Assembly (NCBI GenBank): GCA_009777025.1
Contig: WRMS01000003.1
Location: 1 to 36,176, forward strand
Direction of reading: 5' to 3'
Source: Clostridiales bacterium
GTDB taxonomy: Bacteria > Bacillota > Peptococcia > DRI-13 > UBA5745
DNA length: 36,176 nt
Shown here: positions 1-9,287 of the stretch, one piece after another
How positions within the stretch are numbered: position 1 is the stretch's first letter
Layout of the letters: each line of letters begins with the position of its first letter
Program-made: the position numbers and the translations under genes
The notes under the pieces: model-generated
What the model saw: only the letters and a program-made list of their open reading frames with translations
The model's database searches: none
What the model was told of the DNA's origin: nothing

Positions 1-476
1 TGCCTAAGCTGGCCATGGCGGGGCTCCTGCATGACGGAGCGAAAGCTCTTGAACCAAAGGAATTAATCCGCTACGGGGAATCTCATGCTTTACTAACCGA
101 CCCGGCGGAAAGACTGAACCCTTCCCTGCTCCATGGCCCGGTGGCTGCCTGGCTGGCCTGCCATGCATGGGGGGTCGAAGACCCGGTCGTCCTGGAGGCG
201 ATACGCTTGCATACCGCAGGAGATGCGGGGATGAGTAAAGAAGCGGGTATCGTCTTTATGGCGGATTTGATTGAAGCCGGACGTAACTATGAAGGCGTGG
301 AGAAGCTCCGGCGTCTCTGCCGGGAAGATCTGCAAGCCGCCATGATCGAAGCGATCGAGCAAACCATGGTCTACCTGGAACACATGAAAAAGCCCCTGCA
401 TGGCGGAACGATCCGTTGCCTTGCATGGCTGAAGAAAGAGAGGGGCATGGAATGGAGAGCAAAGAGCAGGCCATAA
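1..476 (+). CDS. yqeK: HD-domain Ap4A hydrolase YqeK (5'-truncated by window edge)
   Basis: Motifs AGLLHD, LLHGPVAA, AIRLHT and FMADLIEAGR. The frame is open to the window start and the gene lies directly upstream of rsfS (usual nadD-yqeK-rsfS order). Confidence 0.88.
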   Translation, partial: PKLAMAGLLHDGAKALEPKELIRYGESHALLTDPAERLNPSLLHGPVAAWLACHAWGVEDPVVLEAIRLHTAGDAGMSKEAGIVFMADLIEAGRNYEGVEKLRRLCREDLQAAMIEAIEQTMVYLEHMKKPLHGGTIRCLAWLKKERGMEWRAKSRP

Positions 477-835
477 TATCCGCAAGGGCAATGGACCAGC
501 GAGGCGGCACAAAGATTACCGTATTGGAGATTGAGCGTCTGTCAACCTTGACGGATTACTTCGTCGTAGGCACGGGCAATACCCGTGTACAGACCCAGGC
601 GATGGCGGACAATATAGCAGACGGGCTAGTTAAGGAGGGGATACGTCCTATTCGAATAGAAGGCTTTGAAGAAGGACGCTGGATCCTTATGGACTACGGG
701 CATGTTATCGTTCATATATTCCAGGAGGATCAACGCAATTTCTATAACCTGGATCGCCTGTGGGCCGACGCCCCCGCGCTGCCCTTTGCGGAAGTCTTTC
801 CGGATAAGGTGACGGAGGATGCCAGGGAAACGTAA
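452..835 (+). CDS. rsfS: Ribosome silencing factor RsfS (Iojap)
   Basis: TDYFVVGTG, WILMDYGHVIVHIF and RNFYNLDRLWADA motifs. Start placed at ATG 452 after GAGAGGGG. Confidence 0.93.
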   Translation: MESKEQAIISARAMDQRGGTKITVLEIERLSTLTDYFVVGTGNTRVQTQAMADNIADGLVKEGIRPIRIEGFEEGRWILMDYGHVIVHIFQEDQRNFYNLDRLWADAPALPFAEVFPDKVTEDARET

Positions 836-839
836 GCGA

Positions 840-3446
840 CTATTGCGCGCTGTCGGCGGCAGGATTTGATTTCTTTAAGTATTTATGCATGATTTCCAAA
901 ACGTCATTGATATGAAGCGGTTTCCCCACATGATCATTCATGCCGGCTGAGAGGCATTTCTTGATATCCTCATGAAACACATTGGCGGTCATGGCAATGA
1001 TGGGAATGGTTTTCGCGTTCTGCCTGTCCAGTGCGCGAATGCGGCGCGTCGCTTCGTAGCCGTCCATTTCCGGCATTTGGACGTCCATAAAAATCATATT
1101 GTAGCGTTCCGGGTTTTCGCTGAACATCTGTACAGCCTCGACGCCGTTCTCCGCAATGTCGATTTGCGTTAAGGTCGGTTCCAGCAGGGTCAGGACTATC
1201 TCCCGGTTGATCTCTACGTCCTCCGCCAGCAATATGCGACTTCCCTCGAAAACACCGCTGATATCCGCGGTGTTTTGCGTCTCTTCCCCCGATATACGGT
1301 GATAGCCAAGAGATTCGCTGATGGTGTCTACGATAGAGGAGGGGAACAGGGGTTTGGGTAGAAAGGTGTGAATACCGGCTTCTTTCGCGTCCTTCTGGAT
1401 CAAGTCCCAGTCGGTGGACGAAATCATCACGACAACACTATTTGTGTCGGATTCCTTTTCTTTCAGCATTTTGCTTAGCTGGATGCCGTTTATACCGGGC
1501 AGCTTCCAGTCCACAAAGTAAATGTTATACGGCCCGTTTTTTTCCACCAGGGCCAGCGCTTCTTCACCGCTTGTCGTGGTATCGCAGGACGTTCCCATTC
1601 CCTGGACTATTTTTTCAAAATACGCTAAAATTTCCGGATCGTCGTCCACGGCAAGAATGCGAATGCCGGCTCGGTCGATGTTTGGATTTGCATACAGGCT
1701 GCGCTTTTGCGCTTGATCTTGAGGTACTTGATTGACCTGAAACGTAAAGGAGAAGGTAGAGCCTTTTCCCGGTTCGGATTCAACCCAAATATCCCCTCCC
1801 ATCATTTCGATAATGTTCTTGGAAATCGAGAGGCCGAGCCCGGTTCCGCCGTACATTCGCGTTGTGTCGCTCTTTGCCTGCGAAAAAGGTTGAAACAGAC
1901 GGGCCTGCTGTTCGGGATTGATGCCGATTCCCGTATCGATCACGGATAGCTTAATCGTACACACGCTGTCTTCTTCGGCCAGAAAACCGGTTTCGATCCG
2001 GATAGATCCGCCCTCCGGAGTGAACTTGATCGCGTTGCCTACCAGGTTCGTGATCACCTGCGCCAATTGTTGGTCGTCTCCAAAAAGAATTTCCGGTATG
2101 CTGCTGTCTATATACACGGAGAACTTCAGATTTTTTTCTTCCGCTTTAAAACTGACCACATTTACTACGCGCTGCAGCATCCTTTCAAAATTAAACTCGG
2201 ATGGGGAAAGCTCAAACTTCCCGGCTTCGATTTTTGACATATCCAGAATGTCGTTGATAATGCCCAAAAGGTGCTTTGCCGCGTCGTCAATTTTGTCGAA
2301 GCTATAATCCTTCCGATTAATATCAGCGGAAGATTTCCCAATCATAGCCATGCCGATGATCGCGTTCATCGGCGTACGGATTTCATGACTCATATTGGCG
2401 AGAAAGTCACTTTTCGCACGGCTCGCTTTTTGGGCGTCCTCCAGCGCTTCGGCGAGTTTTTCCTGAAGATCGATGATTACCGTCATATCATCGATACTCC
2501 CGACCACGCCGGATATCTGGTCGTTTTCATCGTACACGGGTACCGTTCGCGCGCGGAATTTTTTGCCGTCTATCTCGGAAATCCAATCCTGAGGGCCTTC
2601 AATCAGCGTCTTGTGTACATTGTCAATGATGTCGAAATGCCGCCCTTTATGTCTGGCGTAGGTCAGACTTTTCCCTTCGATGAAATCAGGCTCTACGCCG
2701 ATGGTTTTCAGATACAGTCCATTGAAAAGGGTAATCGTTTCATCCTTGTCCACGCTCCAGATCACACCGGCGTAATTCCTGATGACGGCGTCCAGCTTCG
2801 CATTGGTGGCATTGATTCTCCGGGTCATCTCATTTTTCAGTACGGCATTGGAAATCAACAGCCCAACGGAGTACAGGGCATGGATTTCCTCATCGGACCA
2901 GACCCGTTCCTTCCGGCAGTCGTCAACGCTGAAAAGGCCCCAGAACTTATTCTGCAAAAACAGGGGGATGATGACTATGGATTTTACATCATATCCACCC
3001 AGGAAATCCTGGTTGTAATGCGGCATTTTGGACAAGGGACCGTTGATGTACCCTTTACGGATAAACATGTTTTCCCATTCCGGCTTATCGCCGTAGGGGA
3101 ACTTCATCCGTACGGGAACCGGTTTTATCTGATTCCCGCTCTCACTCTGCCATGTGCATTGCTGGACAAAATGCGTGGCGCCATCGATTTCCTCATTTCG
3201 CCAGATATGGATACGGTCTGCGTCTACGCAGCTTCCGATAAGCTCAAAACATTCCACAAGGGATGCTTCAAACTCCGCTTCCGTATCTGCGTCCAGTAAC
3301 ACGACGGCTACACGGTTTGCCATGTTCAGTAAACGGTCCCGTTCTTCGATGAGGAGGATCACCTGTTTGTACTCTTCCGGACTTACGCAATCTGAGGTGC
3401 TAACTCTGTCGTTTTGCTGTATATTACGGTTGTCAATATTTACCAT
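840..3446 (-). CDS. Hybrid sensor histidine kinase (GAF, PAS-like, HisKA, HATPase, two receiver domains)
   Basis: [19 protein letters not shown]-box, [16 protein letters not shown] and GGTGLGL. REC motifs FVDWKLP and FMDVQMP. N-terminal GAF ([16 protein letters not shown]). Confidence 0.93.
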   Translation of the reverse strand: MVNIDNRNIQQNDRVSTSDCVSPEEYKQVILLIEERDRLLNMANRVAVVLLDADTEAEFEASLVECFELIGSCVDADRIHIWRNEEIDGATHFVQQCTWQSESGNQIKPVPVRMKFPYGDKPEWENMFIRKGYINGPLSKMPHYNQDFLGGYDVKSIVIIPLFLQNKFWGLFSVDDCRKERVWSDEEIHALYSVGLLISNAVLKNEMTRRINATNAKLDAVIRNYAGVIWSVDKDETITLFNGLYLKTIGVEPDFIEGKSLTYARHKGRHFDIIDNVHKTLIEGPQDWISEIDGKKFRARTVPVYDENDQISGVVGSIDDMTVIIDLQEKLAEALEDAQKASRAKSDFLANMSHEIRTPMNAIIGMAMIGKSSADINRKDYSFDKIDDAAKHLLGIINDILDMSKIEAGKFELSPSEFNFERMLQRVVNVVSFKAEEKNLKFSVYIDSSIPEILFGDDQQLAQVITNLVGNAIKFTPEGGSIRIETGFLAEEDSVCTIKLSVIDTGIGINPEQQARLFQPFSQAKSDTTRMYGGTGLGLSISKNIIEMMGGDIWVESEPGKGSTFSFTFQVNQVPQDQAQKRSLYANPNIDRAGIRILAVDDDPEILAYFEKIVQGMGTSCDTTTSGEEALALVEKNGPYNIYFVDWKLPGINGIQLSKMLKEKESDTNSVVVMISSTDWDLIQKDAKEAGIHTFLPKPLFPSSIVDTISESLGYHRISGEETQNTADISGVFEGSRILLAEDVEINREIVLTLLEPTLTQIDIAENGVEAVQMFSENPERYNMIFMDVQMPEMDGYEATRRIRALDRQNAKTIPIIAMTANVFHEDIKKCLSAGMNDHVGKPLHINDVLEIMHKYLKKSNPAADSAQ

Positions 3447-5208
3447 TATTATCGGCGCCTGCTATCAACATATAATCATAGAGAGGTGCGGCAGGGGAGC
3501 TTTTCATCTGCCTATTGAACTCCGGCGAAGAGCCATGTGCCACGCTATCCTGCTTGAGTTTAAACTGTGAGATATACGTTCTCAGCATGTCGGACTGTGA
3601 ACTCATTTCTTCCGAAGCGGCTGCGCTTTCCTGAGCGGTTGCACTGTTGTGCTGCACGACCTGTGCGACTTGATCGACGCTGGAATTGATTTGTATAATA
3701 TCCAAAGCCTGCTTTTCCGACGCTTCGGTAATGGCTTCCACAATATGGCTGCTTTCGTTAATGCCGGTGACTATCTCTGTTAAGCTTGCTGCGGTTTCGC
3801 CGGCAATCCGTACGCCCAGATTCGCTTTTTCAATTGAGTTTTCGATCAGGCTGCCTGTGTCTTTTGCTGCAGCAGCGCTTTTGGCTGCAAGATTACGTAC
3901 TTCTTCCGCAACAACCGCAAAGCCTTTTCCCGCCGCTCCCGCTCTGGCCGCTTCCACCGCGGCGTTTAGCGCGAGAATGTTCGTTTGGAAAGCGATATCG
4001 TCAATCACTTTGATAACCTTACTGATCGAACCGCTGGCTTCGTTGATTTCGTTGACCGCCTCGATCATTTCATCCATCTGCTGGCTGCCTCTTTCCGCGT
4101 TGTCTTTTATTAAGTCGGCCAGTTTATTGGCTTGTTCAGCCAGTTCCGCGTTTGCTTTGATTTTCTCCGCAATCTCGGCAATGGAGCTCGATAGCTCCTC
4201 GATGGACGCGGCTTGTTCGGTGGAGCCCTGGGCGAGTGATTGCGCGCCGTCGGCAACCTGCTTCGAGCCTGTGGAAACCTGTTCGGAGGACTGATGGATT
4301 TCTACAAACATATCATTCAGCTTTGTGCTCATCTGATCCAGGGAGTTACCGATCACATCCTGATCCGATAAAACCGATAGCTCGGAGGTCATGTCGCCAG
4401 CCGCGACGGTCTCCAGCACTTTGCTCACATTGGTAATCCGCCCAACGAAATCGGCGCAGGACTTGATCGTTTTCCCGATTTCGTCATTCACCCGGGAAAG
4501 GTGCTTAATCGTCTCCTGATCCTCCGCACTGAGAGAAATGTCGCCATAGGTACTGGCTTTCGTCATATAGGCAACAAGCGGGACGAGCGGCTTGACGATG
4601 CTCTTGGTAATGAACCATGCCAGGATGCAGGATATAGCCAGGGCGACGCCGATCAGCGCAAGGATCACGGCATTCATCAGGACCCCGAATTTTTCAATTT
4701 CAACGCTTTTTCCCTCCATGATGGTGGTATATCGATTCTCCATGCTGGATAACAGGTTGATCACTTCCTGGGTCTTGGGAAGAACGATGTTCGTCAGATG
4801 CTCCCTGGCTTCCCGGGTATTCCCCGACCTTATATATGCGACGATATCTTGCGCTTCATGATGGATCAAGTCGTGGGGTTCTGTGATCTTGCTCAACAAA
4901 GCGCGAATTTCTTGATCCTGTAAGTTTCTGGCTACCTCGCTATCCGTCCATCTGCCGAAGGCGCAAGCGCTCGGGTCGAGGGAACCTGTGAAATCCGCTC
5001 CTGTCATCACGGTTTCGGTAAGCCCCTGCCTCCATACAAAATGGGCGTTCAACACTTCGCTGATGCCGACGCTTTCCTTATGCATAACGTCTAATTCCCG
5101 GGACATACGCGTGAGAATACTGGAAGCCCCCAACCCGACGATACCGGTAATCACCCCGACTACCGCTACAAGAATGAATCCGAATAGAACTTTTTTACGA
5201 ATTGTCAT
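3433..5208 (-). CDS. Methyl-accepting chemotaxis protein with CZB (zinc-binding) sensor domain
   Basis: Two TM segments, HAMP-like region, hairpin tip [23 protein letters not shown] residues AHFVW / CAFGRW / HDLIH lie between the TMs. C-terminus NNGKY. Confidence 0.92.
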   Translation of the reverse strand: MTIRKKVLFGFILVAVVGVITGIVGLGASSILTRMSRELDVMHKESVGISEVLNAHFVWRQGLTETVMTGADFTGSLDPSACAFGRWTDSEVARNLQDQEIRALLSKITEPHDLIHHEAQDIVAYIRSGNTREAREHLTNIVLPKTQEVINLLSSMENRYTTIMEGKSVEIEKFGVLMNAVILALIGVALAISCILAWFITKSIVKPLVPLVAYMTKASTYGDISLSAEDQETIKHLSRVNDEIGKTIKSCADFVGRITNVSKVLETVAAGDMTSELSVLSDQDVIGNSLDQMSTKLNDMFVEIHQSSEQVSTGSKQVADGAQSLAQGSTEQAASIEELSSSIAEIAEKIKANAELAEQANKLADLIKDNAERGSQQMDEMIEAVNEINEASGSISKVIKVIDDIAFQTNILALNAAVEAARAGAAGKGFAVVAEEVRNLAAKSAAAAKDTGSLIENSIEKANLGVRIAGETAASLTEIVTGINESSHIVEAITEASEKQALDIIQINSSVDQVAQVVQHNSATAQESAAASEEMSSQSDMLRTYISQFKLKQDSVAHGSSPEFNRQMKSSPAAPLYDYMLIAGADNNGKY

Positions 5209-5480
5209 ATGACTGCCCTTCTTTTTTTTTTGAGTTATACATTTTTACTATAGGAATCCCTATGTATAGAATCATTTAGGGGATTCATATAATAGAATCC
5301 TTTGCGGGATTCCTTTGCACGAGTTTTTTCTGTTGAAATGGATCGAATTTTCGTTTAACACAGGATTCAAACCTATGTTCAAAATATTCCGTACATTATT
5401 AAAGTAGGAATTATCTTTTCAAATATTGTAAATCTTGCGTACTATGACTATAATACCCTAAAATTGAAAAGACGAACCAC

Positions 5481-5510
5481 AAAATACACCCAGAAAACAG
5501 CCGGGTGTTT
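5481..5510 (-). terminator. Putative intrinsic terminator/attenuator about 270 nt upstream of the MCP gene
   Basis: Minus strand ACACCCGG-CTGTTTT-CTGGGTGT followed by ATTTTG. The stem has a G.U pair on the minus strand that is an A-C mismatch on the plus strand. Confidence 0.45.
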
Positions 5511-5751
5511 GTTAAGCCTTGTCCAATTGGCAATCTGTCCGGCGGCGAAGCCTCCGGTTGGCAACATCCTTTACCGTAATTCCGTTCAACGAACCGGGTC
5601 AACGAAGTCGTTTTTTCCCGCGGCGTTAGCAACTGACACTTTTGACTTCTTGTTTTAATATTGATGCCTTTAGGGTGTCAGTTACTAAATTGCTCTAATG
5701 AGTTTTCAAACACGTCCTAAAGCAAGTGATCGGAAAGATACAATCTCCTAC

Positions 5752-5794
5752 TTGACAGGAAGGCAATATTATAGTAGTATAAATATGATATCAT
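5752..5794 (+). promoter_or_regulatory. Sigma-A promoter with adjacent palindromic operator candidate
   Basis: TTGACA (5752)-17 nt-TAGTAT (5775). Perfect palindrome ATGATATCAT at 5785-5794. Confidence 0.6.
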
Positions 5795-5844
5795 TATAGT
5801 ATCATTCTTATTGGGAAGAGCATATGAAACAGGAGGTATTTAGC

Positions 5845-6846
5845 ATGGAAACCAAAAGCTACACAGAAACAGAAAAGGTCGTTCAGGGGCTAAACGGTCT
5901 CGTACTTATGCCCATCCTCATCCTGCTGCATATCAGCACGATAGCCGGTTTTATCATCAGCGCGATACATTCTTCCGTAATGAGCATAGTCCTCTGCGGG
6001 CTTGGGTTTATCATTATACCCCTGTGTTATCCAGGACTGAAGATCATCAACCCAAACGAAGCGCTGGTCCTTGCCTTATTTGGCAAGTATTATGGCACCA
6101 TCCGGCAAGCGGGTTTCCACTGGGTTCATCCTTTTTGTGTGGGGATCAACCCAACGGCGTCGTCAGCGTCCACGCAGTCGAACCTCAAGGAAACGACGAA
6201 GTCGCTTTTCGTCGGTCAACTGAGTTCGGGCGTCGCGGAGGAAAGCAGGACCTCGGGCAAGAAATTGTCCCTGAAAACATTGACGTTGAAAAACGACATC
6301 CAGAAAGTCAACGATGTGCTCGGCAATCCTGTGGAGATCGGCGTCAATGTGATCTGGCAGATTGCGAACACCGCAAAAGCCGTATTCAACGTGGACAATT
6401 ACAAGGAGTATCTTTCGATCCAGTGTGATTCGGCGCTGCGCCACATTGCCAGGAGTTATCCTTACGACGTTTCCGAGCAGGGGGATGAACGATCGCTGCG
6501 AGGCTCCAGCCAGGAAGTAGCGGAAAAGCTCAAGGATGAGCTTCAGGCTAAAGTGGAGGTCGCGGGAATCAAGGTCCTGGAAGTCAGGATCACCCATCTG
6601 GCCTATGCGCCGGAGATTGCCGCAGCTATGCTGCAGCGCCAACAGGCTGTCGCGGTCATCGAAGCCCGGCAGAAGATCGTTGAAGGGGCGGTCGGTATGG
6701 TGGAGATGGCGCTCCATAAGCTGAGTGAGAACAATATCGTCACGCTGGACGATGAAAGGAAAGCAGCGATGGTCAGTAACCTGCTGGTGGTACTCTGCGG
6801 CAACAAGGACGCCCAGCCGATCGTCAACAGCGGCTCGATTTATTAG
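5845..6846 (+). CDS. SPFH/band-7 domain membrane protein
   Basis: N-terminal TM helices, [37 protein letters not shown] and [19 protein letters not shown] precedes ATG 5845. Confidence 0.92.
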   Translation: METKSYTETEKVVQGLNGLVLMPILILLHISTIAGFIISAIHSSVMSIVLCGLGFIIIPLCYPGLKIINPNEALVLALFGKYYGTIRQAGFHWVHPFCVGINPTASSASTQSNLKETTKSLFVGQLSSGVAEESRTSGKKLSLKTLTLKNDIQKVNDVLGNPVEIGVNVIWQIANTAKAVFNVDNYKEYLSIQCDSALRHIARSYPYDVSEQGDERSLRGSSQEVAEKLKDELQAKVEVAGIKVLEVRITHLAYAPEIAAAMLQRQQAVAVIEARQKIVEGAVGMVEMALHKLSENNIVTLDDERKAAMVSNLLVVLCGNKDAQPIVNSGSIY

Positions 6847-6892
6847 CGCTCCGAACCACTCGTCAATTGAGCGGAGAAAACGAGGGAAGCCG

Positions 6893-7078
6893 ATGGACAA
6901 AGAACAGAAAAACAGAGATGGGCCGGACAAAGAGAAAAAGCAAATTCTGCTGCGGCTGTCTCCTTCTCTGTGGCGGGACCTGGCGCGATGGGCGGAAGAC
7001 GATTTCCGTTCCATCAACGGGCAGATAGAGTATCTGCTCACAGACTGTGTGAAAAACAGGAAAAAGGAGCGGAAGTAA
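6893..7078 (+). CDS. Arc-family ribbon-helix-helix DNA-binding protein
   Basis: KKQILLRLSPSLWRDLARWAEDDFRSINGQIEYLL is an Arc-like RHH pattern. This gene type commonly follows this SPFH subfamily. RBS GAGGGA. Confidence 0.85.
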   Translation: MDKEQKNRDGPDKEKKQILLRLSPSLWRDLARWAEDDFRSINGQIEYLLTDCVKNRKKERK

Positions 7079-7272
7079 ACGGGATATTGATCGCGGATTG
7101 AAAACATGAATGGATTTGCGCGGATGGGAACGGATTGAAACAAGCGGCGGGGAGTAAAGCGATTTTAGGGTGTACTCTGCGATAGGGAAGTCTGATTTAA
7201 TGGGGGAAAATACCAAGTCGAATCCATCCATGGATCCTGTCTTCGGATGGATAGAAAAAGGAGTGAACCCCC

Positions 7273-8607
7273 ACGAGTAAGGTAATTGTCATTGGCGCCA
7301 ATCATGCCGGCACTGCCGCCGTTAACACCATATTGTCTCAAAATCCGAAACCGGAAGTCCTTGTATTTGACCGCAATTCCAACATCAGCTTTTTGGGCTG
7401 CGGCATGGCGCTTTGGATCGGCAACCAGATCCGTACATCTGACGGTCTGTTCTATTCCAATCAAGCGCTGCTGGAGGAAAAAGGCGCAAAAGTCTATATG
7501 GAAGCCGACGTAACAGAAGTCGATTTTGATCAAAAAAAAGTCTCCGTCACATTGAAGAACGGCGACTGTATCAACGAATCCTATGACAAACTGATTATCG
7601 CAACCGGTTCCTGGCCGATCATTCCAGACGTGCCAGGCGTAGATTTACAAAATGTGCAACTTGTCAAACTGTTTCAAAACGCGGAGGAAGTGATCGAAAA
7701 GCTAAAAAATCCGGAAATTCAAACGATCTCCGTGATCGGCGCAGGCTATATCGGCGTTGAACTGGCGGAAGCGTTCCAACTGCATGGAAAGAAAGTAGAC
7801 CTGATCGACGTGATGCCGCGCTGCCTGTCTTCCTACTACGACGAGCCCTTTTCTCTCGCAATGGACGAAGTCCTTCGCAGCCACGGCATACGCTTGCATT
7901 ACGGTGAAAAACTGTTGGAGATTCAAGGCGGTCAGAAAGTGGAAAGCGTCGTCACAGATAAAGGCAAATACCCTTCCGATATGGTCATCCTCTGCGTTGG
8001 CTTTCGTCCCAACGCCCAATTGGGAAAGGGAAAACTGGAGCAATTCAGAAACGGCGCGTATCTGGTGAACAAGCGGCAGGAAACATCCGTGAAAGACGTC
8101 TATGCCATCGGCGACTGCGCCACCGTATATAACAACGCTATCGATTCCCGCGACTATATTGCGCTGGCTACCAACGCGGTGCGCAGCGGCCTTGTCGCCG
8201 CGTATAATATCTGCGGGATCGATGTGGAGAGTATCGGCGTACAAGGGTCAAACGGCATTTGTATTTACGATTATAAAATGGTCTCCACCGGTATTTCTGT
8301 CCAAAGGGCGGCATCGATGGGAATGGATGTGGCTTATACGGACTACGAGGATCTACAGAAACCGGAATTCATCGAAACGGAAAACCCCAAAGTCAAGATT
8401 CGCATCGTTTATGATAAAAAAAGCCGTGTGGTCATCGGCGCGCAAATGGCGTCCTCTTACGATATGTCCATGGGAATACACATGTTTTCCTTGGCCATTC
8501 AAGAAAAAGTAACCATTGACCGGTTGAAACTGCTGGATATTTTTTTCCTGCCCCATTTCAACAAACCCTATAATTACCTGACCATGGCCGCCCTTAGCGC
8601 CGAGTAG
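7273..8607 (+). CDS. nox: H2O-forming NADH oxidase (start codon position reads ACG)
   Basis: The in-frame extension upstream of the track ORF gives (T)SKVIVIGANHAGTA, the Nox FAD-binding N-terminus. Also ISFLGCGMALWIG (redox Cys), VIGAGYIG and DIFFLPHFNKPYNY. SD AAGGAG at 7258-7263. Confidence 0.9.
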   Translation, partial: TSKVIVIGANHAGTAAVNTILSQNPKPEVLVFDRNSNISFLGCGMALWIGNQIRTSDGLFYSNQALLEEKGAKVYMEADVTEVDFDQKKVSVTLKNGDCINESYDKLIIATGSWPIIPDVPGVDLQNVQLVKLFQNAEEVIEKLKNPEIQTISVIGAGYIGVELAEAFQLHGKKVDLIDVMPRCLSSYYDEPFSLAMDEVLRSHGIRLHYGEKLLEIQGGQKVESVVTDKGKYPSDMVILCVGFRPNAQLGKGKLEQFRNGAYLVNKRQETSVKDVYAIGDCATVYNNAIDSRDYIALATNAVRSGLVAAYNICGIDVESIGVQGSNGICIYDYKMVSTGISVQRAASMGMDVAYTDYEDLQKPEFIETENPKVKIRIVYDKKSRVVIGAQMASSYDMSMGIHMFSLAIQEKVTIDRLKLLDIFFLPHFNKPYNYLTMAALSAE

Positions 8608-8635
8608 CGCTTGCAGGCCAGAACAAAAATGGCTA

Positions 8636-8664
8636 TTGACAGAATGAGAAACGCGGTCTACAAT
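8636..8664 (+). promoter_or_regulatory. Sigma-A promoter of the T-box leader
   Basis: TTGACA-17 nt-TACAAT. Confidence 0.75.
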
Positions 8665-8690
8665 AGCACAATATGATCCACAAGAAATAG

Positions 8691-9125
8691 AGCGATGAAG
8701 GGGATAAAGTTCCGTACTCGGCGCTTCAGAGAGCTGTCGGATGCTGCGAGACAGCGGCCTGTACAGAACATAACTCACCCCGGAGCTTCCCGCCCGAAAG
8801 GATTGTCCGCAAAAAAGACAAGCAGCGAGTCTGTGACGCAGGATTTTTTGGTACTGGCAAGGCAAGCGACGACAGATGGGAAGGAGCATACACGATGGTA
8901 TGTGACTGAGCAGATGGAGGACGCGGACGCAGCCAGGAGCAAAAAAGACAAGTCAGAGTAGGGGGGACGGTGATCCCACCGTTATCAAAGGACCAGCATT
9001 ACCTGAGCCTATCAGACGATGCCGGATAAGAGGGCGGCGAAGACCCGCCAAAGAGAGTGGTACCGCGGAAGTTGAGCTTTCGTCTCTCACTGTTTTACCT
9101 GACAGTGAAGGACGAAGGCTTTTTC
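8691..9125 (+). promoter_or_regulatory. T-box riboswitch, Leu (CUC) specifier
   Basis: Stem I has the K-turn GCGATGAAGGGG...CCCCGGAGC, an AGAGA box and a GCTG loop, with specifier CTC at 8774-8776. AGTA and CCGTTA elements follow, then T-box GAGTGGTACCGCG (~9055-9067) and a terminator hairpin ending GGCTTTTT. Confidence 0.9.
8809..8952 (+). repeat. Divergent copy of the 130-bp structured element inside T-box stem II, flanked by a 14-bp direct repeat
   Basis: GCAAAAAAGACAAG at 8809-8822 and 8939-8952 (130 bp apart). The internal CAAGGC...GAAGGAG-CATAC..GTATG-TGACTGA...GACGCAG layout matches the repeats at 24.7 and 26.2 kb. Confidence 0.75.
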
Positions 9126-9129
9126 ATTG

Positions 9130-9171
9130 AACGAATCTTCGTTCAGCAGAGGATTCGGACCCGTGCCGAAC
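9130..9171. repeat. 42-bp palindromic repeat, left copy (inverted relative to 11788-11829)
   Basis: AACGAATCTTCGTTCAGCAGAGGATTCGGACCCGTGCCGAAC matches the reverse complement of 11788-11829 at 37/42 positions. Confidence 0.85.
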
Positions 9172-9287
9172 GTTAGATGCGTCCATGCACACACGATTCA
9201 CAGCGGCGCTCATTGATTGTGGAAGGCCGGACGGCTGGGAGGAAATACCGATAAGCCGCCGAAAGTATAAGAAAGAGGTGAAGGGCA

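Noticed and set aside
5520-5625. c-di-GMP-I riboswitch upstream of the MCP
   Set aside because: The context is suggestive, but the GGCAAA..GAAA..GACGCAAA / CTAA core is absent. Kept only as an unknown leader.
7094-7141. CGGATTGAAA(A)C pair resembling CRISPR repeat 3' ends
   Set aside because: Only 10 bp shared and 37 bp apart, too short for repeat plus spacer.
8695-8961. 88-aa ORF in the track
   Set aside because: It lies entirely within the T-box leader and its insert, with no recognisable protein features.
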